NCBI GenBank assembly: GCA_964016885.1
Contig: OZ024740.1
Location: forward strand, 273,854,001 to 273,918,000
DNA: 64,000 bases
Reading direction: 5' to 3'
Origin: Eledone cirrhosa
Lineage: Eukaryota
Numbering within the stretch: position 1 is the first letter of the stretch; each line of letters begins with the position of its first letter. A program made the position numbers and the translations under genes. Under the pieces are notes generated by a model. It had not been told where the DNA came from and did not search any database. It was given only the letters and a program-made list of their open reading frames with translations. Below are positions 1 through 15,255 of this stretch, one piece after another.

Positions 1-649
1 ATCAGCTCTATCTATTTAACTGTCTATCTGTCTATCTTATCTATCTATATAGCTAGCCAGAGCTGTCTTTGTCTGTTTAACCATCAGTATGTCCCTTTGT
101 CCAACTATCTCTTAACACATTTATGGTGCTCCCACATACATGTGCTTAAACATAGATTCTTATCATGTCTATGTTAAATATATATATGTCTGTGTGGTTA
201 AACATGCATAAAAATATTAATGAACACACACACATATATATATGCATATATATATATACATATGTGGCTATATGGTGGTATGCTAGCATGGCCATAGCCT
301 ATAAGGTAGAACAGGTTAAATAGTGAGCATGTATCACTGTGTTTTGTAAATGAATATTGCAGTTGTTTGATGAACTGAACTGCCTACTTATTGAATTATA
401 TTGTAAATTGAGGCAAGTATTCCACAGATACTTATTCCCTTAAAGAATCCTCAGGCAAAATATGTACCTGGAGATTCAATAAAGAAAGAACATTTCTATG
501 TGTAAAGTTGTGTATGTATATGTGTATGGACATGTGCTTGTAGCAAGATTTATTGAACAGATTTTGCAATCACTCCAGTTAAAACACTGGCAATTTAACC
601 CTTTTAAAGCAAACTTGTCTGAGATTTGTTCTGGACTTAACAACTGCTT

Positions 650-950
650 AAACATCATCATCATCATCACCATTTAACGTCCATTCTTTCCATGCTAACA
701 TGTGTTAGACTAGTTTTCTCGTTGTGAGATAAGACAGGTCAGATGATCATGTCTTGCTCATACAGAACTGATTTTGGCTTGGTTTCTATGACAATGCCCT
801 TCCAATCATATTTACAGTGTGTACTGCCAGCTTTTTTTACAGTGTGGGTTGTGTGCTTTTTTGTTCATGAAACCTACATGACTACTTTATAGTTTGGTTT
901 GGATGCTTTTTGTCGTGAAACCTACATGACCACTTTACAGTGTGAACTGG
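650..950 (-). mobile_element. 3' UTR/tail fragment of an RTE-type LINE or its partner SINE
   Basis: (CAT)n followed by TTTAACGTCCATTCTTTCCATGCTAACATG...GGCTTGGTTTCTA, the same block seen at 25272 and 54820. Confidence 0.55.
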
Positions 951-1299
951 GTTAATAAATCCCTTCAAATTTTTAATAATTTCAAAAATGTCTGAAATAT
1001 AATTAGTATAGTTTATATGAATATATAAAATATGTAGTAAAGATGGTTTCGGAAAGCCGGCACAACTTGAATTGGAAATATAAGAGTGTAAATTATAATA
1101 AAGTATGAAAAAATATAACCAAACATAAGTTTTAAACTTTTACTCCATAATTCATATATATATATCGAGCATAGAACTCTTGTTTTTTAAAGGTAAAGGA
1201 TTAATGTGTGGTGTTGTGATTAGATATCCTCTGCTGAAATAGACATCGGTTGGATGGTAGGTGACATACACAAACTGGCATAGTCACAATAGCTAATTG

Positions 1300-1480
1300 G
1301 CTCCATATAAGTCAATCCTCTTATTTGTAGTGAGCTTAATCCTGTTGATAAGAAATACTTCTTTGATATGTAAATTTCAGATGATTCTCTGTTTTCTATG
1401 GTGAATTTAACGTCACAGGTGTGACATTTTTGCAGATATTTTTCTGTGTCATTTTATTTATTTGTGCAATTTCTGAAGTG
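1300..1480 (-). mobile_element. Highly decayed Penelope-like GIY-YIG C-terminal remnant
   Basis: Minus-strand reading LHIKEVFLINRIKLTTNKR resembles the PLE C-terminal L.IKE...I....P.LN motif; very degraded. Confidence 0.3.
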
Positions 1481-1874
1481 CCCTTACTGTATACAAGCCA
1501 CCACATTTGCTGAAGTGTGTTTGTGAGTGACAAAGGACAATTGGTCAATTGTTCATTCTCTGGATTCAGCATAGAATGTTTCTATCTCATTAATAAGACA
1601 GGTGTTCTGAAGTTTAAATGCAGGTGTCTTCTCTGCCATTCTTGTTTGATACAATTATTAGTAGTATATTCCACCATTTGTAATGCTCATTCATTTTTCT
1701 CTAATCCCATTACTATTTCATAACAACATAATAAGTTTCCCTTTTATATGAAACATCATATGGGATACGCCTTGTAAAATATTATCTAAAACCGGAAAAA
1801 TACAAAATTAAAGCCTTCAAATTGTTATTGCTACACATAAAATCATCTTAGAATATTTCCCAGAAAAAGAGCAA

Positions 1875-2915
1875 TTGCCCAATTGGTTTAATATTGAGTA
1901 TGTGATCGATTGTCAGCTTCTTGCTGCCTTGATGTCTCTTTACAAATGCCCAAGTATTTGTTTTCAAATAAATAGTACTAAATCGAAGCTATTCAATGTG
2001 GGAGTCGGACTCCATCAAGAGTGCATACTGTCACCTCTCCTGTTTCTTATTTTCATGAACAGGATTGATATGCACAACTGGGTTGGAAGTGGCAACATGA
2101 CTGGCAGGTGTAAAATCAGGCAGCTGGAATTTGCAGATGACATGGTGTTACTTACCTCTAATTGCACTTGATAGATTTGATGCCGAGTATTGCATGGTTG
2201 GAATGAAAATCAGTGCTGCAAAAATTGAATCACTCATCCTATCAAGGAAATCTGTGCAATGCATTCTACATATGAATGGAGTTCCACTGAGGCAGGTAGA
2301 GAAATTCAAGTATCATGTATTCATGAGTAATGAAAGGTTAGAGGCTGAATTTAGTGCAAGAATTGCAGAAGCTGGTGCATCATTGCACCAACTTCCCTAT
2401 TTAGCAATCATAAAAAGGGATGTAGGTGTAAAAGACAAACTCACTATCTTCAGCTTGGTATTCATGCCAACCCTTATCTATTGTCATGAATCTTGGGTAA
2501 TGACCAAAAAATATGATTGCGAATATGAGTGGCCAAAATGGGGTTCCACTGATGGATCTTTGGAGTAACTTTACTCGATAGAGGGCATAGCTCAGAGATC
2601 AGAGAAAAACCCCAGGTAGAGCAGCTACTTCTCCAAATTGAGAGATCACAGCACTAATACTATGGGCATGTGGTTAGATTGTCTCAGGAAAGAATCGCTG
2701 GACAGATTTTATGGGCAAATCCAACCGACAAGAGACCGAGAGGTAGACCACGAGCTAGATGTTTGATAATATCTATGAGCTTGACTGGTCTTGCCTGGGT
2801 ATCGAGCCAGCTAATTTTGAGACGGTTCCTTCTGATAGGACCTACTGGAAAGAGTGTTTCAGGACTCTACCCTCACAGCCCTCTCAGGAATGGGTGGGCA
2901 ATGCAGAGAGAGAGT
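1875..2915 (+). mobile_element. 5'-truncated, decayed RTE-clade LINE (RT C-terminal half)
   Basis: Frameshifted ORFs give GVGLHQECILSPLLFLIFM, LEFADDMVLL, QVEKFKY, PTLIYCHESW, YGHVVR and KRPRGRPR. Confidence 0.85.
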
Positions 2916-3261
2916 GTGTGGTTTAATAGTTCAGGCATTAATTTGCTATAAATACTGGCTTATATGCTATTTCATTTCTTTGCCTAGTTTACTACTCCTT
3001 CTACTACAGGGTCACTCAACATGCTACATATAACAGCCAAACTTCTATCAAATCATGCCTTAATGTCTTAAAGAGGGATGTGCCTATTTCACTAGTGAAG
3101 TTCTGGATATTCTATACCAGGTAGAAAAAGCAGTGATAATTCTGGCTAGAATGCATTAGGTCTGCTATATCAGGACTGTCCTATTAATAATCCTAAAAGT
3201 TATTTTATCTGATGTTCTAATGATTTTACCAATTCAGTAAACTGTATAATAATAATAGTCT

Positions 3262-3440
3262 CTGATTGAGGCACAAGTCAAATAAATCAACACCAGTGCG
3301 TAACTGGTACTTTATTATAGCAACCTCAGAAGGATGAAAGGCAAAACTAACCTCTGCAGGATTTGAACTGAGAATGAGAAGAGACATAACTATATGCAGC
3401 AATGCTGTATGATGTTCTTCTGATACTGTCAATCCACTGA
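3262..3440 (-). mobile_element. Degenerate tRNA-derived SINE (Meta/MESC-type domain)
   Basis: Reverse complement of the family consensus (GGATGAAAGGCAAA, ATTTGAACT, GATACTG.CAATCCAC). Confidence 0.7.
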
Positions 3441-3443
3441 TAA

Positions 3444-5373
3444 TCTATTTATTAATTTGAAGAACGTCAGTATTCCGTGTGTCATAATTCTCGATTATCA
3501 TTGGTTCATAGGTTTCAAACAACTCCGCCCACCTCAACGACGCCAAACTGAAATGAATATGCATAATGCTAATGAGGGTGTGAGAGGGGAGAGGGTGAAC
3601 GCTGTGAACTATTAAAATGTGTGCGTGTGTATGTACGTGTGCGTATGTTTATGTGTGTGCGTGCGTGCAGCGTTCCACAGAAAGTAAAAACTATCAACAT
3701 GTGTTAGTGTGTGCGCGTTTCCATGCATGTATGTGTGTGGCGTTCCACAATCGCCACGAAGTTTATCTGTCTGTGTGCCTGTCTGTCAGTCTAACATACA
3801 CAGAGTTGTGAAGGGAGTAAATAGGGACCTTTCTTTACATTGACAGACATCTTTTATATTTATTATTGTGTCATTTTTTATACACTATGTATATGTGTCA
3901 GTGTAGAGACATGTGTGTGTGTGATGTGTGTGGAAATAAGAGAGTAAGGAAAGCAATAATTATTAACATGTGTGCGTGTTGTATGTACGTGCGCGTATGT
4001 TTATGTGTGTGTGCGTGCGTGCAGCGTTCCACAGAGAGTAAAAACTATCAACATGTGTGCGTGCGTAAGTTTGCGTGCGCGTGCGCGTTTCCATGCGTGT
4101 ATGTGTGTGGCGTTCCACAATCGCCACGCAGTTTATCTGTCTGTGTGCGTGTCTGTCAGTCTAACATACACAGAGTTGTGAAGGGAGTAAATAGGGACCT
4201 TTTTTTACATTGACGTACATCTTTTATATTTATTGTGTCATTTTTTGACAATTGCTCGAAATGAATACTGATAATAAAAGCAATTCGACTTTATCAAACA
4301 GTGAACTACAGCGGCGACGACGTGCAGCCAGCAATGAAAAAAAACGGGCCGAACAGCGCCATCGGAACGCCAAACTTCAGAGGCGAAGACGTGCCGCCGT
4401 GAATGAAGAGGAGCTGGCTGAACAACGCCAACGAAACACTGGAGCCAAGCAGCGACGGCGTGTTGCGATGGTTGAAGACGAACTGGCTGAGCATCATCAG
4501 CAGATGGCCGGAAAACGCAATATAGAAGTCCAGAGAATGTGTTGCCAAAGTGCTTCTCATTCCAGTAAAGATGCTAGAAGGCGAACGGATGATATTAAAA
4601 ATGGATCATGGAAACCGTGTCATGTTCATATTGGTGGACGAGCAGAGTGTCCACATTGTGGAGCATTTCTTTGGAGGCACGAAAAGACGTGGACCACAAT
4701 GTGCTGTAATAAAGGAGCAGTTCAACTAGAACCCTTGCGAATGCCGGATGATGAAGAATCACCGGAGTTTAAAATACTAAGTATGTGGGATGATCAAGGA
4801 GACCGAGGTAGATTACTGCGCAAATATTCGCAGCAAATTAACAATTCATTAGCGCGGCAAATTAGCAATTCATCCTCAACGACGCCAAACTTAAATTAAT
4901 ATGCATGATGCCAATGAGGGAGTGAGAGGGGAGAGTAAGAAACAGAGAGGCAAAGTGAACGCTGTGTTGGATACACTATGTATATGTGTCAGTTTAGAGA
5001 CATGTGTATGTGTGATGTGTGTGGAAATAAGAGAAAAGCAATAACTCTTAACATGTGTGTATGTGTATGTTTATGTGTGAGAAACGTGGAACAACCACAT
5101 CTATGCAATGATACACGTTTTACAGTCAGGCAGAAGATGAACCATCTGCTAGAGGTCACTATTCTAGGTGGGAGCACCTAGAATTGTTCATATACTATGC
5201 ACAAACAGTACAACGAAGAATCTGGTATATCTAGAAGATTTTTTTTTACTGTTTTTTGTATCACACAGACACCACGGACTCGCCTCATACTGTAACCGGA
5301 CAAACATCCAATACAGTCTTTTTCTCTTTTACCTGTCTTCTGTTACCCAGGCGAAGCTGGGTACGTCAGCTAG
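3444..5373 (+). mobile_element. Internally deleted Helitron with both termini
   Basis: 5' A|TC at 3444; 3' hairpin TACCCAG-gcgaag-CTGGGTA (5344-5363) then CTAG|T (5370-5373); Rep-Hel N-terminal Zn finger in ORF 4252-4899; helicase C-terminal remnants RNVEQPHLCNDTRFTV..LLEVTILGG and TKNLVYLEDFF. Confidence 0.85.
4252..4899 (+). pseudogene. Truncated Helitron Rep-Hel N-terminal ORF
   Basis: Arg/Glu-rich repeats then CPHCGAFLWRHE..MCCNKGAVQLEPL and LRKYSQQINNSLA; ends at a junction with duplicated 5' sequence. Confidence 0.75.
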
Positions 5374-5387
5374 TAATAATAAATTTA

Positions 5388-6080
5388 ATAATTGTTTCTA
5401 TTTTTGGCACAAGGACAGCAATTACCCCAGTGCATTACTGGTGCTTTATTATATGAATGAAAGGCAAAGTTAATTTTGGTGGGATTTGAACTCAGACCAA
5501 AAAGTGCCATAACTCTATGCTGCGAAGCATGGCGTCCGACTGTTTACTGATACTGCCAATCCACTGCCTTTAAGAATGAGTTTAATAATGTTATGCTGAC
5601 ATAACTGAATATTGCAAAACAATTTAGTCCAGTATTCTACCTTTTCGTCCTTCCATAATTATGATAATAGTAATGATAATAATTGTTTCTACATTTGGCA
5701 CAAGGCCAGCAATTACCCAGTGCATTACTGGTACTTTATTTTATCGACCCCGCAAGGATGAAAGGCAAAGTTAACCACGGCGGGATTTGAACTCAGAATG
5801 GCTAAGGCCGTAACTCTATGCTACAAAGCATGGTGTCTGACCCTTTACCGATACTGCCAATCCACCTCCCCTGTAATAATAGCAATGATACTAATTGTTT
5901 CTACATTTGGCACAAGGCCAGCAATTACCCAGTGCATTACTGGTACTTTATTTTATCGACCCCGTAAGGATGAAAGGCAAAGTTAACCTCGGCGGGATTT
6001 GAACTCAGAATGGCAAGGCCGTAACTCTATGCGTCAAAGCATGGCGTCCGACCCTCTACCGATACTGCCAATCCACCGCC
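5388..6080 (-). mobile_element. Three tandem tRNA-derived SINEs (5388-5568, 5681-5871, 5893-6080)
   Basis: Each has an A box like TGGCAGTATCGG, a B box GAGTTCAAATCC, a central GCCTTTCATCC..GGGGTCGATAAAATAAAGTACC domain (partly deleted in the first copy) and an (ATT)n-like tail. Confidence 0.9.
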
Positions 6081-7420
6081 ATCTGATAATAATAATAATT
6101 AATAATGCATGATTATATTTATAAATGAATACAAGCTTAATTTTTTGAATAAAGAAAAATCTAATTGCAAAAGTTTAAAAGAAAACAAAAAAAAAACGAT
6201 TTAAGTATTGAAGTAAAGTAAGGAGACATGTTGAATCACACATTACACACAAACAGAATCTTCATAAATATTTAATTAATTCTTACTTATATCGAGTCCT
6301 TAATTGAATCTTTTGATGCCCCTAGGATGCTGTTCCCCTGATAAGACCCATTTAGTGCCCCTTGTACAGACAACTAATTAAACTTGTGGTTTTCTTATCT
6401 CCAACTATCAAGCTGACCACTTCTCTTTCATTCTCTCTCTCTTATTTTCTCTCTATTTTTCCTTCTCTCAGCCTTACTTTTCTTTTTTCTCTCTTTCCCT
6501 CTCCCAACTATGTATCTGTAACTTCATCTATCTAATTTTCTCTATATCTGAATATACCTATCTGTTTCTAACTACATCTTTCTCTCACCTTAATTTCCCA
6601 ATACATTTCATATCCTCGTTACTTGGATGTCAGGCATTTTCCTTGAAATTTATTCCTTCACTGATCACCTAAAATCGTTATGGCTTCAAGCTTTTGTCAA
6701 TACATCTCCATCTTCACCACACTTTGTGAAAAGACTGTCTGTAAATTGCTTCAGTTTGCCAACTGACCGCTCTGACAGATCATACTTGTTCAATAGTGAC
6801 CATGTCAGTGAATTGATTAAGTTAAATAACTAACCACTCCAATTGTTTCAATGTATTAATTGCTTACAAGATATTGCCTTCAGTTTAAAACTCTTAAGGA
6901 TAGCATTTATTACAATAAAGCACTTCATTCAATCTATGTTATGTTGTAACTGATGAAAGAGGGAGGAAATGCGTGAAAGGGATAATGGTGCTAATGCTTA
7001 CTCAGCTTACTACCCTTCGGTTATGACAGCATCCAGAGCCAGTCAACACCTTTAATTGCTAGCCCATATCTGTTTTCTATCATGGGGTATCATTGAATGT
7101 CTCCGTTCAAGTTAGCTTTAAATACTGTCACACACATTAGTATTGTAATGAACATCATATAGTAATAGATAAAGCACACAGCAAACCAAGTGTACTGTAT
7201 TGTTTCAACGACTAATGATACCATTTCTATTCATTCATGGGACTAAATGTATATGTTCTTATTTCTCCCTCTCATGTAATTTCAGACTATTTTCCCAATA
7301 AGAAAGAAACTAATATGCCTCAGTATCATAATTACTGATTGCTTAAATAAGTATAAAAGACAATGATTTGGTGATGTGCATGTACAATACAGAATACTTG
7401 TTTATTATCTAAGTATCTAA

Positions 7421-7608
7421 GGGCGGTGGATTGGCAGTATCGGTGGAGGGTCGGACGCCATGCTTTCCAGCATAGTTACGTCCCTTTACGATCTGAGTTC
7501 AAATCCCGCCGAGGTTGACTTTGCCTTTCATCCTTACGGGGTCGATAAAATAAAGTACCAGTAATGCACTGGGTAATTGCTTGCCTTGTGCCTAAAGTAG
7601 AAACAATA
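7421..7608 (+). mobile_element. tRNA-derived SINE, full length
   Basis: GGGCGGTGGATTGGCAGTATCGG...GAGTTCAAATCCCGCCGAGG...GCCTTTCATCCTTACGGGGTCGATAAAATAAAGTACC...GAAACAAT. Confidence 0.92.
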
Positions 7609-9256
7609 ATGGTATCTATTCTATTAATCACTGTCCCAAGTCATCTACATAGTTAGATTGCTGAGATATTAAGTTAGAACGAAAATATTACTGAGTACTT
7701 TGCACAATGTAAATATGATGCTTTATCATTTTTGATAACCTAAAACTTCTTAAATGTTACCATTCTATGGGATTGAAGTTGGTTACTGCAAAATGATAAC
7801 ATGTAAAATGGTTTTAATATTTAGTTTAGGCTATTCTGCTAAAGTAAGCTATTTTAGATTAAATAAATTAAAAATCCATCAGAAATTATTATCAAATTAA
7901 TTCGTTTTAGAATCTTGATTAAAAATGAGTATTTTGCTTAATCAAAGGACACATTTATACCAATGTTTAACATTTTTTCAAGTCTGTAATGTTTTATTTG
8001 TATTGTCAAGAATGAAGCACAATTTAAAAGGATGTTACAAATCACTACACGGTTTCCTACCAGGAGATCTGCTGTATATATATCCTTTTATGTGGATATG
8101 TTGATAAATCCTCATCAACAAGAAGCAATACTCACCATCTAGGGAAGAATATAAAATGGTATTGTGTGAGAGTTAACATAATTGTCACTAAATTTGCTAT
8201 TCCTGGATTCAAACCTCTAATGATTTGAGCTGTAGGTTTGGAAATATTTTCTCCTTAGGATGTGTTGAATGTCAGTTAGCAACACAGATAAGAAGCAGTG
8301 TCTGCTTTTAACTTAAACCAAGTGGTTAATCCAATTGTTTGCTGTAGAAGGAATTCTACAAATGTCATACAAAAGCAGAAGGTATTTTGAAACTGAACAA
8401 TGTGTAAGATTTGATAATCAAAGAGTGTTAGCTGGAAAGTTCATAGGCTAAGCAAGATACTCTCATGGAATGACCAAATGAGGTTTATTTTTCATCATAG
8501 TCCTTGAAAGAAACAATACAGATATTAATAAGAAGAGTTGAAATTAATGCATGCACGATTTGACAACCCTAGCATCACTCATTCATAGTCGGTCAATGAA
8601 CTTTTCAGACTACCCATGTAAAAGCAAAAGTACGAAAATAATTTTATGAAAGCAGTAACAAAACAAATGGTGCTTTGTTGAATTCTGAAGACATTCTGGA
8701 CTAAGGACATAATTTTTATATTCATAGAAATTACATTCCTTTTCGGAAATATTTAATATTGCTAACATTGGAAAGGGTTTGAAACTGAGCTTGTAATGTT
8801 CTTATCTTTTTATAATTTGGTGAGAGCTTCCATGACTGGGGGGAGGATAGAAATTTCCTTCAAACCAGAGACATGGATGAAATAGTTGTACCAGTGAGGA
8901 ATCTATTAACATTTCTCAAATGTCTGATGGAAGTAATAAATGAAAAGAAGTTCTTTGTAGTGGATGGATATGGTCAACGTAATTCCTACATCTCACACAT
9001 AGAACATTCTATTATATTTATAATAAAAACATCTCGTTTATAAAATAAGACCTTAAGAAAACATATAGAGGAGTATGGAGTATGGTGGATAAAACGTAAA
9101 TGCACGATAAAATGACTTTGCCATTTCAGCTAGTAGTTTGCCCTCTGATCAGTGTTATGTAAAAATAGCAATGGCAACAATATGAGCTAACTCCTACAAG
9201 AAAACCAGCATATATCAATAAAGGGGTTCATAAGTAGTACATATGGTGATATAACA

Positions 9257-11157
<1,901 letters not shown>

Positions 11158-11189
11158 CCCATTAGCATTGCTTAATTAATGCTGGCATC

Positions 11190-11530
11190 ACCTTTAAAGT
11201 ATACCCAAGACTTGAGCCCCATGCCATCCGCCCACAACAAATATCAAACTCGCATCTCATAACAGCATTTCAGCACAATTATTTCATGTCAATTGGCTCC
11301 GCACTCTTTAACATTACACCAAAACACATTAAAACAGACCCCATAGTATTCAAGACGTCTTTGGACAAATTCCTTCAAGAAATCCTGCATAAACCTCCTA
11401 CACACAGGTATGTCGCTGTAAAATATACCTTTCTGCATTAGTGGGTCAGGGTGTCCAAATCGTGATTGGAAAATCTTCACCAGGTGGTGCTATTAAGTTA
11501 GACACGACCTGGGACAATACTGGCTGAAAC
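11190..11530 (+). mobile_element. 3' end of a CR1/L2-like LINE
   Basis: Reads HNYFMSIGSALFNITPKHIKTDPIVFKTSLDKFLQEI, matching the NSF...P.LFN.LP..I....FK..LD.FL C-terminal motif. Confidence 0.55.
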
Positions 11531-11550
11531 TTTTCTATATATATATATAC

Positions 11551-11725
11551 AGGAAGACCACGAACATCATTGGCGGAGGTAGTGAGAGCAGACCTGAGAT
11601 CGCTGAAACTCACGGAGGAGATGACGAAGGAGTGTGACAAGGGGAGAGATGCTGTGCTGAATAGGATACGTCCCACCCTTGCAAGCAAGGGAAAGCGGAC
11701 TTAAAATAATGTGATGATGATGATG
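11551..11725 (+). mobile_element. RTE LINE 3' terminal fragment with (ATG)n tail
   Basis: GRPRTSLAEVVRADLRSLKLTEEMTK..., ending GGAAAGCGGACTTAAAATAATGTGATGATGATG; homologous to 28398-28630. Confidence 0.75.
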
Positions 11726-11780
11726 ATATATATATATATCATATATGTTACGGTATGATGATATATATATATATCATATA

Positions 11781-11935
11781 TGTTACGGTATGTCAAATCT
11801 ATTTATCTATAAAACTGTTTATATTTTATTTTGTCTGAGGAAGGCATAGCATGTTGTTAATATGATATCCCTGAAATATATATAATGAAATAGATATGGT
11901 TTTATAAATATAGTTTCCATTTATTTAATATTGTA
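11781..11935 (+). mobile_element. Short HHR-bearing repeat (family F), copy 1
   Basis: Nearly identical to 44159-44313 and to the reverse complement of 42583-42737; TTTTGT-CTGAGGA...GAAA-TATATA-TA-ATGAAA at 11829-11890. Confidence 0.75.
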
Positions 11936-12026
11936 TATATATATATATATATATATATACGTTATTCCGGGTTGAATCGGAGGTAACCACAGTAAGTAAG
12001 GTACTCAATACATAGCAGAGTATAAC

Positions 12027-12149
12027 AGTTTTAATATAGATGAGATTCTACAGGACTAGAACTGTTTCATTCATTAGAAATCATCAGGATTCCTGATGAT
12101 TTCTAATGAATGAAACAGTTCTAGTCCTGTAGAATCTCATCTATATTAA

Positions 12150-12153
<4 letters not shown>
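12027..12153. repeat. Perfect 63-bp-arm palindrome with HHR-like cores
   Basis: Arms are exact reverse complements around a 1-nt centre at 12090; CTGATGA-TTTC-TAAT-GAAT-GAAA-CAGTTCTAG-TC in each arm. Confidence 0.9.
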
Positions 12154-12215
<62 letters not shown>

Positions 12216-12245
12216 ACATCAAGATATATATATATATGTACATCA

Positions 12246-12322
<77 letters not shown>

Positions 12323-12874
12323 TCAAGATATACATACATATATATATATATACACGGACATATACATAGCGTAGGTGATTCAGTGAATTACTGGTGGTGA
12401 TACCAAAACAAACATTTGATGCACATGCAGATTATATAAAAAACGATGAAGCATCATTTACATGAATTAAGATTTTTATTGTGTATCAACCTGTTAAGCA
12501 CGTTTCTCAGAGGATTGGCTCAGGGTCACCTATAGAAGTTATAGACCCGACTCCATTATAAATCTGCTCATGACACTGGTGATACTATAAAAATACAGAT
12601 TTGTATGAAACAAGTTGAAACAGAATAAAAATCTAAATTCATGTAAACAAAACTTCATTGTTAATATATATATATATATTGTTATACTTAGGGAGGGTCA
12701 TATTTGTGTAATAATATTGCCAGAATTAATAAGAGAACACACTCACTGTTTGGTTGGTTTTCACTTCTGTGTCTTTTATATCGGTTAATTTAATTTATTC
12801 GGCCCTCAATATTACCATTGACTGACCAACGGTCGAAAATACAGATACAACATAGACACAAACACATATATATA

Positions 12875-12920
12875 ATCTAACAAAGTTCTTTCGTTGCACA
12901 TCTGCAACATCGTCAGTGGT
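12875..12920 (-). ncRNA. HHR-like motif in the PLE 3' region
   Basis: CTGACGA-T-GTTGCA-GATG-TGCAAC-GAAA with a 6-bp stem II; stems I and III are poorly defined. Confidence 0.55.
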
Positions 12921-13302
12921 GCTATTATGTTTCCTCCCGTTGTATTGTATGCTTACGCCATCTTTATTTAGTTTGTTTATTTATTTATTTATTTGTTTAT
13001 TTTTTTGTCTTCTCTGCGCATGCATTTGCGTGTGTGTATAGTGTTTTGTTTGATGTGTGTTCGTGTTTGGGTGACTGTGTATTGGTTATTGTATTCTATC
13101 TTAGTTTGTTAGTGTGTGTTTATATCTGTTTGTTATTATTGTGCTTGTGTATGTATTTATTTATTTATTTATTTATAATTCTCTTAGGTCAGTGTTGTTT
13201 GTTTGGGTGTTGTTGTTATTCCATTCATTTTTTTCTCTTTAGCCTTGGCCTTCTAAGTTCTATTTCGCTGGCCTCTCTGATTTGCCTATCTGCTGGGTCA
13301 TT

Positions 13303-14490
13303 TCAATGTTTAGATATTATTCTAATGTCTATGTTGTCTATGTTACCGTTGTGTTGTTGCCTGGCATGTTCGTATAGTACTGAACCGTTTTTTCGTCCTT
13401 TTAGTTCCCCCCAGTGTTGGTCTATCCTTCCACCAATGCTACGAGCTGTCTCACCTATGTATGTTGTTGTCATGTTTCTGCAAGTACCCTCTGTACATCT
13501 TATGCTATAGACTACGTTTCTTGTTTTACAGTTTATCCGGAGGTTTACTTTACATATGATACATTTCCTATTAGTACAGTGGGTTTTCTTAAAAGGGTAG
13601 GTTTTGCTGATCACGGGTTTTATGGTGGTTGCTGGCTTTTCTACCACCTTAATCTTTAAGTGGGTCTTTCTCAGGGCCTTTCTACACTGGTTAGCTAATT
13701 TCCCTCCAGGGGTAGCATCCACAAACATGACACTCTGGTATCTCTGGTTGTCGTACCATGAGGTGGCTTTCCCTATCTTATGTCTAGTCCTATCTAAGCT
13801 ATTCCATGATTTGCTCCTGTATAATGGGCAAATTCCTTTCATGTCCAGTTCTATGAGGGTCTTATACTTCTCCGTGGCTCCTTCGTATACTCTGATTCTG
13901 TCTCTTTGGTTGTAGCCAGAGAACTGCATGCGGTTGATGAAGTGTTGGATGTGTCTTTCCATTTCTGTTGGGTCGCACATGCGGGATACGTTCTTCATCA
14001 CTCGTACCAAGTCGGCGATGATCGCAGACTTGGTACCATCGCAGACTTGATTGCGTAACGGTGTGCATTGGTAAACCAGGTTAGACTGCATACATTCATT
14101 ATGTAATGGATAGGTTTCAGGTAGGAGGCAATTACAATTCTTGTCATGGGCAACTTTGGCATTATTGGTGGGCTGCGATGCCTGCACAAATGCGTTACGT
14201 TTTGTTTGCCTATTAGTGGGTGGTTGTGTATTAGATATTCTGTTGTGTTCGATGGTAATCGTATTGTTATTGTTATAAACGTGTGTTCCTGTGTTGTTAC
14301 GTATCTTTTTAGTGTTTAGCATCTTAATGTGTGCCCCTATGTTTGGTGCAGTGGAGTAAGATAGTCTAATAGATTTAGTGTTAAGGATTTTGCTGTATCT
14401 ATGTGAATCTGGAAAGTGCTTATTTATTATTCTAAAGAATGTAGAGGGTAGGTTAGTTCTAATAGAGGTGTTAAATATGGGGTTATACAA
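13303..14490 (-). pseudogene. PLE thumb/linker/GIY-YIG endonuclease coding segment
   Basis: 395-aa ORF with CTNRKCIIC linker and YIGET; homology continues past the TGA at 13303 (NDPADRQIREASEI); frameshifted relative to the RT ORF. Confidence 0.8.
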
Positions 14491-14719
14491 ACATGTATTT
14501 TCTACTGCGTGACCTGTTTGATTTTGATGTTGTATTTCTATTTTCAGTATAATTTGTAGTTCTATGCGTAAATGCGTGTGTGCCTGTGTTTCTGGAGTTT
14601 GTGCTATGCGTGTTCGTGTGTGCTTTGCGGAGGCTCTCGTCTATATATTCTACTCTATCTAAGTGGCCTGCCTTGTCTAGTGCGGTATTGTAATACTCCG
14701 CGTGTTCCTCAAAGATTTG

Positions 14720-15255
14720 TCAGTTAGACGTGAGGTGGGAGATCCTAAGAGATATGCTGCGTGAAACGGATTTAATTATGGATAGTGGGTGGTTCGAATT
14801 ACAGTTGATGTATGCTAAGTTTTCATTGATCTTGTGAAAAGGCCTCATAAGTCCCGTATTTAGGTTAAGCGTCGCGTCTAGAAAGTTAACTATTTTAGTG
14901 CTATATCCATACGTTATGCTAAGGCCTAGTTTCCCGAGAGTCTTTCTAATATTCTTACGCAGTCTTTCAATGCTCTGGTTATTTACGTTCTTAACTAGAA
15001 GGGCATCGTCTCTGTAGATTCCACCGCGAAGGTCGCTAAATTCCCTCTGTAAACTATGGGCTATGTAAATACCTACTAAATCTCTGACTTGACCCGAGGC
15101 ATTAGCTCCCATCGTCATGTCAAAGTTATTTAATATATCCTTACGCTCCCAATAGGCATTTTCAAATTTAATTATTGTTTTCCTAGCAGCTAATATAATT
15201 TTTATCTCGTCGTCTGTCAGGTCAGAATTGGCTTTGGCGAATGCTAAGGCTTATA
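14720..15255 (-). pseudogene. PLE reverse transcriptase segment
   Basis: ALAFAKAN..IKIILAARKT..FDMTMG..YRDD..; premature TGA at 14720, after which the frame continues QIFEEHAEYYNTALDKAGH. Confidence 0.8.

Noticed and set aside
5388-7608. SINE heads as tRNA genes
   Set aside because: A and B boxes are present but there is no full cloverleaf, and each is fused to the SINE body
12456-12648. Imperfect ~40-bp inverted repeats resembling a MITE
   Set aside because: Many mismatches, no clear TSD and no second copy in the window
13303-14722. In-frame TGA codons in the PLE as possible selenocysteine (as in some Naiad PLEs)
   Set aside because: They do not clearly fall at Cys positions, the copy is also frameshifted, and I saw no SECIS; ordinary decay is simpler
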